From positions 62,001-126,000 of the forward strand of contig JAUGWO010000008.1 in the NCBI GenBank assembly GCA_049724395.1: DNA of 64,000 nt, written 5' to 3'. The notes under the pieces were generated by a model. It was not told the origin of the DNA. It did no database searches and saw nothing but the letters and a program-made list of their open reading frames with translations. This document shows positions 12,909-24,299 of the stretch, one piece after another (within the stretch, counting starts at the first letter, position 1; each line of letters starts with the position of its first letter). Made by a program: the position numbers and the translations under genes. The stretch comes from Spongospora subterranea f. sp. subterranea. Taxonomy: Eukaryota.

Positions 12909-14583
12909 ATGGAAAACTACAGGAAGCTGGGAAAGCTGGGTGCGGGAGCCCATGGTGTGGTTTACCGGGCCCAAGTTCTATCTGGGCAAAAACTGCATCC
13001 TCATATGCCAGAGACTGTCGCGTAATATACCCGAATACTTTTGACCTGGGTCGCCAACCACCGAACTGATCCTGCTTAATAGAATTAAAAAGATTCGATT
13101 ACGGTCACATGAGGAAGGGGTCAGCCAGGAAACAATACGGGAATTGAAGCTATTGCAAGAGCTCGATCATGATCACATAATCAGAGTTTTTCATGTCTTC
13201 TCCAATCGTGGCAATATCAATGTTGTTTTGGAAGAAATGCAGGTTCGTGAAATCGCCACGATATATCCTGTTCAATTTCTTTAATCTTTCATTTGGTCTA
13301 GACGGATTTGGAAGTGATTATCAACACGACGTTTGGCATCATATGATCATCTCTTATTGACATGGCTCTTATGTCCTGTTCTCTAGGTCGATTGTCCTTC
13401 GCCCTGGCGATATCAAAGCATATATGCGGGTAAGCAGATCGGTTACTCTGACTTTTCGCATTTTTCAACTTCGGTAATTGTTTGTCCTCAATACTGGACA
13501 TTGTTTCAGTTTTATTTTAGTCGCGATCAGTGCCTGTTTAGGTGAGGCTTACAAGTTGTTCTCTCAATTCATTTACTTTGCCGGTCCACCTTCGATTCGC
13601 ATTTTTTCACATTTCGTGGATAATGTTTCGGCTTCGTGTCAAATCTGATGGGTTTGCTTTCGTGTAATTCGCAACTTGATGTTTCAACTCGATACGTTAT
13701 TGTCGTTGTCAGTTCTAAACAAAAACTGCTGGTAGATGCTACTGGAAGCTGTTGAGTATTGCCATTCACATTGGCTTCTTCATCGTGATCTTAAGCCTGC
13801 CAACTGCCTCATATCGCGTTCTGGCGTCCTTAAACTCAGCGATTTTGGCCTGGCTAAAATATACGGCTCGCCCAACAGGCAATTCTCCCCACAAGCTTGT
13901 ACACTTTGGTTCAGAGCTTCCGGAGGTAGTCATCGCTTCATTTTTGTATTGTCGACCTGTTTGTCATTGGAGTTGATACAGTTGCTGTTTGGGGCCACGT
14001 CTTATGGCCCTCCTTCCGATATGTGGTCGTGTGGCTGCATTTTCGCTCAGGTGATGTTGCGCGTCCCCATTTTCCATGGGTCGACCGAAATAGAACAGGT
14101 AATACGCGGCGTCACATATGTTGAATTTTTTGAATGACTCTATACTTTTTTATGACAATGCCATCGTAAATTTCCAAACAGCTGCGTTCTTGAATCTTGT
14201 TAACAAGTTTTTTGAGAGTTTCAAACGTTGTATAATGTTCCCAATGTTCCTGTTCATTGCTTTCGTTGACACTCTCCTTCTTTGTGCAGTTGCAGAACAT
14301 TTTTGCTGCTCTAGGAACGCCAACTGAAGCGGATTGGCCAGGTATGACGGCCTTGCCAGGATTTGCCCAGTTCGAGGCTCGACCACCGTCGCCTTTATCA
14401 GCAATGTTTCCAGGCGTGGCTCCGGCGGCCATCGATCTGTTATCGCGAATGCTAGCTTTCGACCCGCTAAAGCGGATATCGGCAAAGGACGCTCTCCAAC
14501 ATGAATATTTCACGTCGCCGCCTTTCAATGAGACACCACTGGACCAACTACCTCAACTTCCTATCAAAAAAGGCACATCATAA
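12909..14583 (+). CDS. CDK7: CDK7-like cyclin-dependent kinase, multi-exon
   Basis: MENYRKLGKLGAGAHGVVY, VA|IKKIR, MQ|TDLEVII, GDIKAYM, HRDLKPAN, DFGLAKIYGSPNR, LLFGATSYG, DMWSCGCIF, IFAALGTPTEADWPG; about six GT-AG introns; one extra T at ~13918 breaks WFRAPE. Confidence 0.85.
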
Positions 14584-14727
14584 TATATTGTACTAACTTT
14601 TCACAAAAACCCTTTCGCGGCATTTTCGATTCGGTTGAGAAAGCGTTGAATTCCAGAAAAGCTGCGTTAAACTATGAACTGTGAATTCATGTTGAAAAAT
14701 GCGGATTACCGTCATATGAAGAGTATA

Positions 14728-17700
14728 TTATTTTAAACATTTGGGTGGAATGGTTCCCTCTACTAATGCACCTTTCATTGATCGAAGGTTTTTTTTGTGA
14801 TCTAGTCCCGGGAGGGATTGCGTTCTACGCATGGCACACATTGCCATGCTGGGCGATGGGATGCCGGTTCTGTTGTAATGGCGCAACTGCAGACTGGACG
14901 GAGAGGGTTGACAACGACTTCTAGGACACTCGTACATGATCGCTGGCGGTAAAATCGTCAAGCTTTGTCGCTTGTCGATAACCGTCATTGGCCTGTCAAC
15001 GCAGAGATTAACATCGCCAACGGGAGCCCAATCGGCAATTCGAGATGCGATATGTTCTTCGCGACGCGTTAGATCGCGCATAAGTGGATCCGTCACGGTT
15101 GGCGATACTCTTCCGACCACTAATCACAAGTGTAAGCCGAATATGTATTCAACATAGAATTAAACAAATATCCTGGAAACCGTGGCGAATTTTTGCAAAA
15201 TATACGAACGTAATACAATGTAAAGGAAAGGATCAACAACCATTCTAGAGTGATATTGGGTTTGCGTAACTACATTGAAGAAAGTAGTCAATATTTTTCA
15301 GATCTGAAAGCAAACTCTGATAAGCATAAAGCGCCGCAATCGGAAGATCAGCGGAGATCAGTGTATCTAGACGACCACATTGATCCTCCACTGAGGCGGC
15401 CAACGATCCGATTTCCATCCTTCCCCAGCAAGATTGATGCCGCAATACCGCAATGCCCTTACCGACCACTGAGCGAAAATGCTTCCAGTGATGTGATACC
15501 TGACGTCCAAGGGCTGATAGATAAGGCGTGATCGGCGAAGGGACAGATATCAGAGCGGGAATGTGCGGATCGCAGCACAGCGAGCGTAACGGTTCCAATG
15601 CTTTCGCGAATCCATCCAGTGTTATCGGGCCACCAATCACCGTGTCAAGGACGGCCTCGGCCTGACAACGCACCTGTCAACTGGCGAAATCGCATCGCAT
15701 TGCGTTAACTGACATGGTTCAATAATGTGATACGGAATACGCATTGGATGATTTTCGCTAACGCTGGCCGCAGCGCGTGTAACGTTTCACTGGCAACGGG
15801 GCCCACTCCCAGACCCAGTAACGTGAACAGGTGTGTAACGTGACGGGAGAAACGATGACGGAACTCGGCCTCCTTGACGATGGCGAATTGCAGGAACGAG
15901 TGCATGTCCGCTGTGACCCCCTCGGTCGTCATCTCTGACAGCATGAAGTGCAAACGATAATTTGACAGTCCAGGGAAGAAGTCACGTAGTGCCTGTTCGT
16001 GATTGACGGGCCACGCTGACGCCATCGCGCGTCTCCGCCGGAAATACAGTGATAATAACGATATTGTTTGGTCACCGAACGCGTTGTCGTGAAATTTTTT
16101 GAACAAGTCGACTTCGGGATAGGCAGGGGCAAATTTCTCGACGGCTCTGTATAGTTCTCTGCAAGAAGAACGGATTAAGGAGGATATTCCAAAATTTACA
16201 GGGGCAAATTCCGTCACTATGTACTGAGGCAATGATAATGGTGGAAGATCACAACGATATCGTTGAACATCACAATCGTCTTTCGATTCGTAGATCATGG
16301 CAATCTGTTTTAGCAGAGCATCGACACGACGTCGCCGATGCGCCGTTTTCCCTGTGTGGCGGGGCGGAGAAACGTCTCCTGGCTGGCTTCCTTCTGCTTG
16401 ATTAGCATTGCAAAGAGCACGATTCATTGTGTCGTCATTGCTAACATGATCACCGTCGATACGGTCATCATCCACAATTGTTTCACCTTGCGGCTGAACG
16501 AGACGCCTGGGCCGACAGATTGAACTTTTCGATTCCTCGTCACGTCCTGAGAGGTCACACTGATCATTGGGCTGTGGCATCCTGCATTCGATATCTCGAT
16601 CTTCGCCGTCATTTGACCATGGACCATCCGTCATCTTCTGTACCTCCCGCCATAAGTTTGTTTCTTTTTCTCGCTGTTGGATGTTTTCAGCTGTTGTATT
16701 ACGCTTGGACCCATCTCCCATGTTTTTGATTGATTTTCTATAAGGATTTCCAGTTTTTTTTGGGAATTTTTTTTTTTGACCATGATTTCGCCGATCACTG
16801 CCTTCAATTGCCTTGTTATTTGGATTTCCAGGATTAGGAAACACCACAGTGATTTTCTTTTTTTTATACCTCACACCGATGTCACGAGTAAAGTCGCCAG
16901 GACAATCGGGCTCAGTTCCATTCGACGGTTCGGTTTTGTCCATTTGCTCGTCGGAGACGTCATCAGCATTACTACCCTGAGAAACATATGTGTGAACTTT
17001 CCAAATTTCGCTGTGGCTAAAAGAAACGGATGGAACTTCTGTTGATCGATAGTCAACGAGCGCTTCTGCATTCGCTGAACTTGTTGGAAGGATATTTTGC
17101 TTCAGTTGGCCTTGGTTCGCATCGCCGATCTTATAGGATTTCCCAGCGTCTTTTTCGTCATTGTTGTTCACATCATCACCTTCGTCGTCTTGTTGTTTTC
17201 GCAAATCGATAGAATGTCGAACATGTTCACCAGATGAATTATATATATCGCCCATTTCAGATGTTCCTTGACTTTGAACTGGTTTTTCGTAAACATATGA
17301 ACCATCTTTTCGACGAACACCTTCGTCTTGTTGGTTTTGCGAATCGATAACATGTCGAAAATGTTCACCAGACTTACTATGGTCGATTTCAGACATTTCT
17401 TGAATTTGAACTGGCTTTCCGTAGACATTTGAACCATCTTTTCGACGACTGCGTCGCCGAATAGTTGTTTTTTGTGACTCCGACTGTAGTTCAGCTGGCA
17501 AATTAGCATCATTATCTAGATCATCAACGGGTTCTGGCTCAATTGAAGTGCCATTTGAACGTCGAACAATTTGTATTTGGGGCTCCGACTGTAGTTCAGC
17601 TGGCAATTCAGTATCGTCATCTCGATCATCCACGGGTTCTGACTTAATTGAAGCGCCACCTGAAGTTGATGTATCTGGTACAAACACTTGCTTAGGATTG

Positions 17701-20271
17701 TTATGGGGCGCAGTACGATCTGTTTCGAGCTTTCGAAATATAGCAGAAGACCCCTGCGTACGATTGTTGTGGGGCGCATCAAGATCTTTTTCAAGCTCTC
17801 GAAATGTAGCAGAAGACACCTGCGTAGGATTGTTGTTGGGCGCACCTAGATCTGTTTCGAGAGTTTGAAATGTAGCAAAATACACCCGCGTAGGATTGTT
17901 GTGGGGCGCATCAAGATCTGTTTGGAGTTCTTGAAATGTAGCAGCAGAAACTGGTTGTGGGGCATCAGACTTTGTTTTCGCAACTTTGATCGCTACAGAC
18001 GACCTTTTGTAATCTTTTGCTGATGATTTCGCTCCAGTCGTGCTGCGCATTGGGTGTTGTTCTTCTCGCATCGCCGCGAGCTCAGCCTGCAAATCATCGA
18101 TACGCTTTTGTGTCACAATCACGTAAGTGTCGTGGGCGGTCTTCATCTTTTCAGACTCTTCCTGCCATTTCTGCTTTGCAGACTCGGTTGACTTGGTTTC
18201 CAGTTGTGAAGATGCATCGTTTCGCAGGCGATGTGTTTCTGGCGAGCTTATCACTGGGGACTGTGGTTTAGGTGACTTGATTACCATGGCATTTTTTCGT
18301 TCTGTTTGTAAGTTGGAGTTTTCCTCAGAACCCACTGCAGTCGCATATCCAGGTGGGTGATGTTTTGCTGTGGTTGCTCTGGCATTGGACTCCAGTCGTG
18401 CGGTCTTCTGACGCATTGGATTCGTTTTTTGTATCATTCCCTTTGATATGGGATTTTCCCTTCCCTGGTCTGCTCTCAGTGAATGCGGGTCAGAACTTGA
18501 GACGAGTCCCGATTCAATTTCTGAGAGGGAATTAGATTTTTCCATATGTGTAGGTACCGTTGTTTCATCGGCATCGTCAATAGCGGTTGATCTATTGAGT
18601 GCATTACAGTAAACTTGAACTTTTTCTGAAGGGTTGCTTATCGTAATATCTTGCACAGGCTCTCTGTTGGGTAAAACTGAAAATATAATTTGCATCACAG
18701 CTCCGTCAGGACCTTGAACCCGATTGCACTTGGTAAATGCTCTTGCTGCGGCCTAATAATCAGCACTGAAATCAGTAATTGACGTTCATATAACTGCGCT
18801 GAACTAAACAGCATGAGCACAATAAACAATATATAATGGCTCATCGATTGCCACTTGTCAGTAAAAATTAGTAAATGCTGAAAAACATCTACCTCTGTTG
18901 TTGCCATCTCGATTAGTGACATTTCTGGACCTTGGAAACGGGGCCAGACTCGAGTGACTGCACCGAACTGTTCAAAGTGTTTCCTGATCTTGGTTCCAGA
19001 CGGAGTCACATCATCGATACCACGAACTGCCAGCACGCATGTTGGGTATTCAACGGCGAACTGACACTGGCAACGAAGGGCGCAATCACCAAGCAGGATC
19101 AGATTTTTCGCTGTGGCAGACGCCTTTACATTTTGAAACTGCACAAACACAGAGCGATCGCCACCGTCCATGGGGATCAATTTCGTTCGCCGAACGGGCT
19201 CTAACCCAATCAACGATGTGGAAACCAGCGATTCGGTCGCTGAGGAAGGCAGACCCCATAAAAGAAGATGATTGGATGGCGTTGAGGTAACACATTGCTC
19301 ATGTAGAGGTTTTCCGATTCGTGCAACAAGTTTGGCGTGTTCATCATCAAAAGCGACATTGAGACGGGTTTGTTCGGCGACTGCGACTTCACGCTCATGT
19401 TCAGCAGTGAATAACTCGTTGGACCAACGTCGCAGTCTCAAGCCGATGGCGGTTTCGTACATCGTCTAGCGTCTTACATGTGATTTGATGGCTTCGGCGT
19501 TCTTCACTTAAAGCGAGTTCTGATATTCGTAAAAGAGCAGCGCCTTGAGTCGCCGAGGTTGCGGCCACATCCAGATCCCGCTTCGATTCGAACAACGCGC
19601 GTTGAAGTTGATCCAAACGGCAAGTAATTGTTGACAGACTTTCTTTGACAATCTTCAATTGTGATAGCATATGTTGGCGCAGCCCTTCCCCACGCTGCCA
19701 TAAATCCTGTAACAGTTGCCCTCGATCACTACAGACTACCGTTACCTGACTACATTACAGGTATTAGATGCCAGGCCCCAAGAACGTGAAACAAAAGTTC
19801 ACTGTCGCAGGAAACATTACAAGCTCAAGTGTAACAAAAAAGGTTGTAGGAGTGCATACACTTGAACCAATGGGAAAGGGGCTAATGGGTAACATCAAAT
19901 GGCCATATATAGTGCAGCTACCTGATTGCTTGACGAGCGAGGACACCGCAGAACATGCAGTCATCGTGAAGAAGATCCAGGTCATCAGGACGCCTAGCGC
20001 GACGGTCATCGAGTTCGATCACGAACTTGTTGAACGATTCACGAAGCAAAATCGCTTCCATACGCGACGCAGGTCGCGCAGCACGAACAGCGAATTCATG
20101 CGAATCCATTAAATGGGAAACGTCGGCGTCGCCGACCGAGGAGATCTGACACCGGACGTTGCGTTGATCCACGACCCCATGCTGGATGGCATTCATGTTC
20201 AATTCTCGCATCCATTCCTGTACCATCTCTCGCGATCGTTCATTGTCATCGGCATGAGGGCCCGATTCCAT
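14728..20271 (-). CDS. Large multi-exon protein of unknown function (coiled coils, two RRM-like segments, internal repeats)
   Basis: Collinear minus-strand ORFs 19918-20271, 19401-19710, ~18900-19462, 15705-18698, 15245-15673, 14728-15120 with splice-like ends; RRM-like LLLWGLP..VFVQF and LAVRGI..HFEQFGAVTRV. Exon structure is approximate and this could be more than one gene. Confidence 0.6.
17690..17945 (-). repeat. Coding tandem repeat, 63 bp (21 aa) x4
   Basis: (S)ATF.EL.TDL.APHNNPTQV repeated four times in the 997-aa ORF. Confidence 0.85.
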
Positions 20272-20478
20272 TCAGATCGGCCCGGCGTTCCCACCGACAC
20301 TCGCAACACGCTCGATATTGCCTTTAATTGATATATGCCATCAACAGTACTGCTGCGATCGTCAGTTTGAAAAATGCAGTACAGATTGTTTTATCAACTC
20401 ATTTTTTCAGCATGACGGATCTTGTTTCACCATAACAGACAATGAACTACAGTAACATAGTTTGCAAGTTTTTGAACA

Positions 20479-21029
20479 CTTGCGCGGCGGCCGCCAACTC
20501 TTCAAGTAGGGTTAGTTTGCCGCTGTTGCTGGTAGGCCTCCATCAGTTGCTCGCATGAGGGAGGGAATCGACGTCCATCGGAACGGAAAACAAAGGAACG
20601 AACAGAACACAACCACAGAGCAGGAAACTGAGACCCAGGAAACACAACGGAACACCACAGGAACCACTCCGGACAGAAAAACTAGAAAGCTGGGAACGGA
20701 TTCCGGAGTACCTCCAAATAAAGAGTAGATCTGTGTTATCCGTTGATTGTCATCGCCGTTCCTGTGCTTCTTGTGCCCGGTGTTCGTGACAGTGTAATCC
20801 GGAAATCCGTTCACTGCTTTCTGTTTTTCTGCCCGGGGTGGTTCCTGTGGTGTTCCATTGTGTTTCCTAGTCTCAGTTTCCCGTTCTGTGGTTGTGTTCT
20901 TTTTGTTCCTTTGTTTTCCGTTCCGATGGAAGTCGATTCTCCTCCCTCATAGAGCAACTGATGGAGGCCTACCAGCAACAGCGGCAAACTAACCTTACTC
21001 TACAAAAAGAGTTGGCGGTCGCCGCGCAA
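20479..21029. repeat. Long imperfect inverted repeat (arms ~20479-20711 and ~20795-21029)
   Basis: e.g. GGTTAGTTTGCCGCTGTTGCTGGTAGGCCTCCATCAGTTGCTC vs GAGCAACTGATGGAGGCCTACCAGCAACAGCGGCAAACTAACC. Confidence 0.95.
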
Positions 21030-21466
21030 CCGGTTCCCCCTCCAGCAGCCCTCTCTGCTTCGATTCCCCCTCCAGCAGTCCTCTCTGCTCCGATTCCCCC
21101 TCCCGTTCGTCCAGTTGGACCGGTTTTCCCTCCAATTGGGTTTTTGTGTTCACATCATCAGCAAACCGGGTTCGGGTTCGGGTTGGGTTGGATCTTGGAT
21201 GTTTGAGGGCCTACCTAGGCCAGGTTGGGTCCGGTTGAGGTCGCTCAACCCGGGTTTATGTATACATTCTAGTGTACGGTGTATAATGTACGTACCGTAC
21301 ACAATAGTGTATATACAGTTCGGCCGCAACGTGTGAAGAATCTGTCCTGAGGAATTTTCGGATGGATGCAGACGTCAGATGTGAGGCTGAGTTGGAGAAA
21401 TATCAATTGTTGAAGCTGAAAAAACAAACAACTTTCCAAACTATCACAAGCCAAATGACGTGTATG

Positions 21467-21928
21467 TTGGAAACATCGTCTGGTGCAGGCACCACCATGA
21501 CAATAGATCAAAATCTTGAAGGTCGCGGTGCGCAACGCCTGGAGGAACTGGATGCGCTCAGAAATGGAAGGCAGCACGTATTTCACTGACGGCAGGTCTG
21601 CGATCGTGGCAACTGCATGTCGTGGGTGGTTATATTTGGCGTGTGGTTCCCAAACCGTCACAGAAGTGGTGGGAGACAAGCAAATCTACGTCAGGTAGCT
21701 GAGTCGGCCGAGGCACGGGGCTGTTTCTCCCGCCACTTCTGTGACGGTTTGACCACCCACGACATGCAGTTGCCACGATCGCTGACCTGCGGTCAGTGAA
21801 ATACGTGCTGCCTCCCATTCCTGACTGGCAATGAGCGCATCCAGTTCCTCCAGGCGTTGCACGATACCGCGGCCCCCAAGATCTTGATCTATTGTCGTGG
21901 TGGTGCCTGCACCAGACGACATTTCCAA
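21467..21928. repeat. Long imperfect inverted repeat (arms ~21467-21677 and ~21722-21928)
   Basis: CGTCTGGTGCAGGCACCACC / GGTGGTGCCTGCACCAGACG; GCGATCGTGGCAACTGCATGTCGTGGGTGGT and its reverse complement. Confidence 0.95.
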
Positions 21929-22010
21929 TTCTTTGCAAACAGCTCGGTCAGTCTTGTACATTCCTGCTTTTAGTGCGAAAAATAAGTGCAACTTTTATGA
22001 TCCCGGAAAT

Positions 22011-22427
22011 GGACTTCATCGCTGATCTTGGATAATGGACCACTTTTGCAAACAGAAATCGTTTTGCCTGTGGAAATACAATCGCTGACAAGAGATCTAG
22101 CATTAAATCTTCAAAGGTTGACACGAGGTTTTAAACACCATGACCTTTGAAAAAATTGTGAGCACAGTACACGAGTCCTACACGTAGTATGTTAGTTTAT
22201 CAAAACTCTGAACTCGAAATCTTGATGTGTCAAGTTACGTCGCTAATCCATATGTGTATTTAGAGTCACAATTTTTTTCAAAGGTCATGGTGGATCTCAA
22301 AAAGTAACACCTCGTCGACCTTTGAAGGTTCAATGCTTGTTCTTTTGTCGGTGATTGTATCTCCACAGGCGAAATAATTTTTTGTTTTCAAAAGGGAATC
22401 CATTATCCAAGATCAGCGATAAAGTCC
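22011..22427. repeat. Imperfect inverted repeat (arms ~22011-22165 and ~22262-22427)
   Basis: ATCGCTGATCTTGGATAATGGA / TCCATTATCCAAGATCAGCGAT; CACCATGACCTTTGAAAAAA / TTTTTTCAAAGGTCATGGTG. Confidence 0.92.
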
Positions 22428-22627
22428 TGCCCCAATTCATTGAGACTTCTTCTCGTGTCGCCGAACAGAAGACTCAGACGAAGTTGGTAGTGAACGTTCG
22501 GCGTCGTATCAGTGCAGCAGCTTTCAGCAACATCCAAACAGAACGGCGCGACATACATTGGCAAGTCAACTCGTCGCTGCCAAACTGTGTCAAGAATTCC
22601 AAGCTCGGTCCACACATAAAGTACGCT

Positions 22628-22987
22628 GAACAAGAAGATGTCTCCAGATGATCACGACAGCGTTCCAGCGTGCCGACGCCGCATCATTCCGAGAAGCTAT
22701 AATCGCCCTGCAGATGGCCTGTCAGTTCCAAGTTGTTTTAGACAAGGACCGTTTGGCTAAGTCGTGTCCTTGTCTAAAACAACGGCTGGTACTTGACAGG
22801 ATCTTTGAATTTTATCTGCAGGGCGATTATAACCTCTCGAAATGATGTGGGATCGGCACGCTGGAACGCTGTCGTAATCACGAGTCTGGCGATTCTTTTC
22901 TTGTTCAAGCGTTCCACGTTGTTTTAGACAAGGACCGCCGCATACGTGTTTGGCTAAGTCGTGTCCTTGTCTAAAACAACGTGGAAC
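22628..22987. repeat. Nested and duplicated hairpins (22628-22906 and 22911-22987)
   Basis: ACGACAGCGTTCCAGCGTGCCGA / TCGGCACGCTGGAACGCTGTCGT; inner 18-bp perfect stem 22732-22783; second copy has a perfect 25-bp stem GTTCCACGTTGTTTTAGACAAGGAC. Confidence 0.95.
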
Positions 22988-23730
22988 TTCTGGTACTTGA
23001 CAGGATCTCTAAACTACATTTGCAGGGCGATGATAACTTCTCGGACGGAGGATAACCGGAGATGGTGGTGGGTCCAGGAAAATAGACATTAGGAGCAATG
23101 CAAAATAATCGTAAGAAGTCGATTCAAATAGACCAAAAAAGAAGTAAGATACCTGCTGTCAAATAAATATCATGTCAATGAGCATGTCAACAGGTTTGGA
23201 TTGCCGAATCATTAGTATATCAGCGACAGTAATTATGCCTCGCAGGCAGATCAGGGAATAACTCCACAGTTAACAATATTCCAACAACATTCGACAACCA
23301 TCAGCTCCAGTCCATCAATTCTCATCATCTACAGGAATGCTTGATCCAGATTCCAGAGTGGATTTTATGAGGTTCTGCCGAGGGACCCTTAGTATTCCGG
23401 GCACTTGTCGCAGAGTTGGAATTAATTCCGTTTAATTCAGGCTCTTTTGTTGATTCATGGCCCAGGTCAAGTCTCAAGCTTGCCGGGAAGGGATGATCAA
23501 CGAACCGTTCATTTTAGCACATGTGAAGAAATACGTGGACCGTACGTGGACCAAACAATTCGTTGCCCTTGTACTTTAGCGATAAAGTCCAAACGTACCC
23601 CGAGGACTGAAGCGATTAGCACACCGTGTATTTCCTAAACAATCACTTGTTTGTGAAGAAATAACCGTCCGATGAAGTGTAGGGGTCTATTAATGCATAT
23701 TGATTATAGAGCATGAAAATCAGATAACAA

Positions 23731-23802
23731 TCCGATATAGTATAGGGGTCAGTATATGCGTCTTTCACATGCAAGACCGGGGTTCGAGTCCCCGTATCGG
23801 AA
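23731..23802 (+). tRNA. tRNA-Glu(UUC)
   Basis: Acceptor TCCGATA/TATCGGA, anticodon arm TGCGT-CT-TTC-AC-ATGCA, T arm GGTTCGAGTCC, downstream T run. Confidence 0.96.
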
Positions 23803-24164
23803 CATTTTGTTGAGATTCACAATGGTTACAAATGCGGCATCTCCAGCACATCCCAATAATGAATGCCCCGATTCACTTTTGAAAAATTTCATGACAAAAT
23901 TGACTAACCTTTTGTCAAGAGCCCCAACTGCAAAGGTCAGCATTGTGTTTTCAGCCTCTTTGCAGGCGCCTGTCTTCTCCCAGTCTCCTTAACAAACTTA
24001 CACCAGAAATCGTGCAGCAACGCGCTCATTTTTGTTGTCACGAAAAATTTGGGAAAATATCAAATTTGGAATGGAATTCTGTCCGCAAGAAATGGGCCAA
24101 TTTGGGTCATCAATTTTTTTTCAGCGAATCGGATTTGTATTTTTGTGAATTCCTACAAAAAATG

Positions 24165-24236
24165 TTCCGATACGGGGACTCGAACCCCGGTCTTGCATGT
24201 GAAAGACGCATATACTGACCCCTATACTATATCGGA
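24165..24236 (-). tRNA. tRNA-Glu(UUC)
   Basis: Identical to 23731-23802, reverse strand. Confidence 0.96.
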
Positions 24237-24299
24237 ATGTTATTTGTTGTAACGGCAAGTGCACCGGTATTAGTCAATATAAGTAAAAGAGTGGGACCG

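Noticed and set aside
22732..22987. GTTTTAGA-containing stems resembling a Cas9 repeat/tracrRNA or Fanzor guide scaffold
   Set aside because: Only an 8-nt resemblance, and no RuvC/TnpB-like ORF was recognised in the window
23749..24252. Repeated ORFs ending FRYGDSNPGLACERRIY
   Set aside because: Antisense translations of tRNA-Glu
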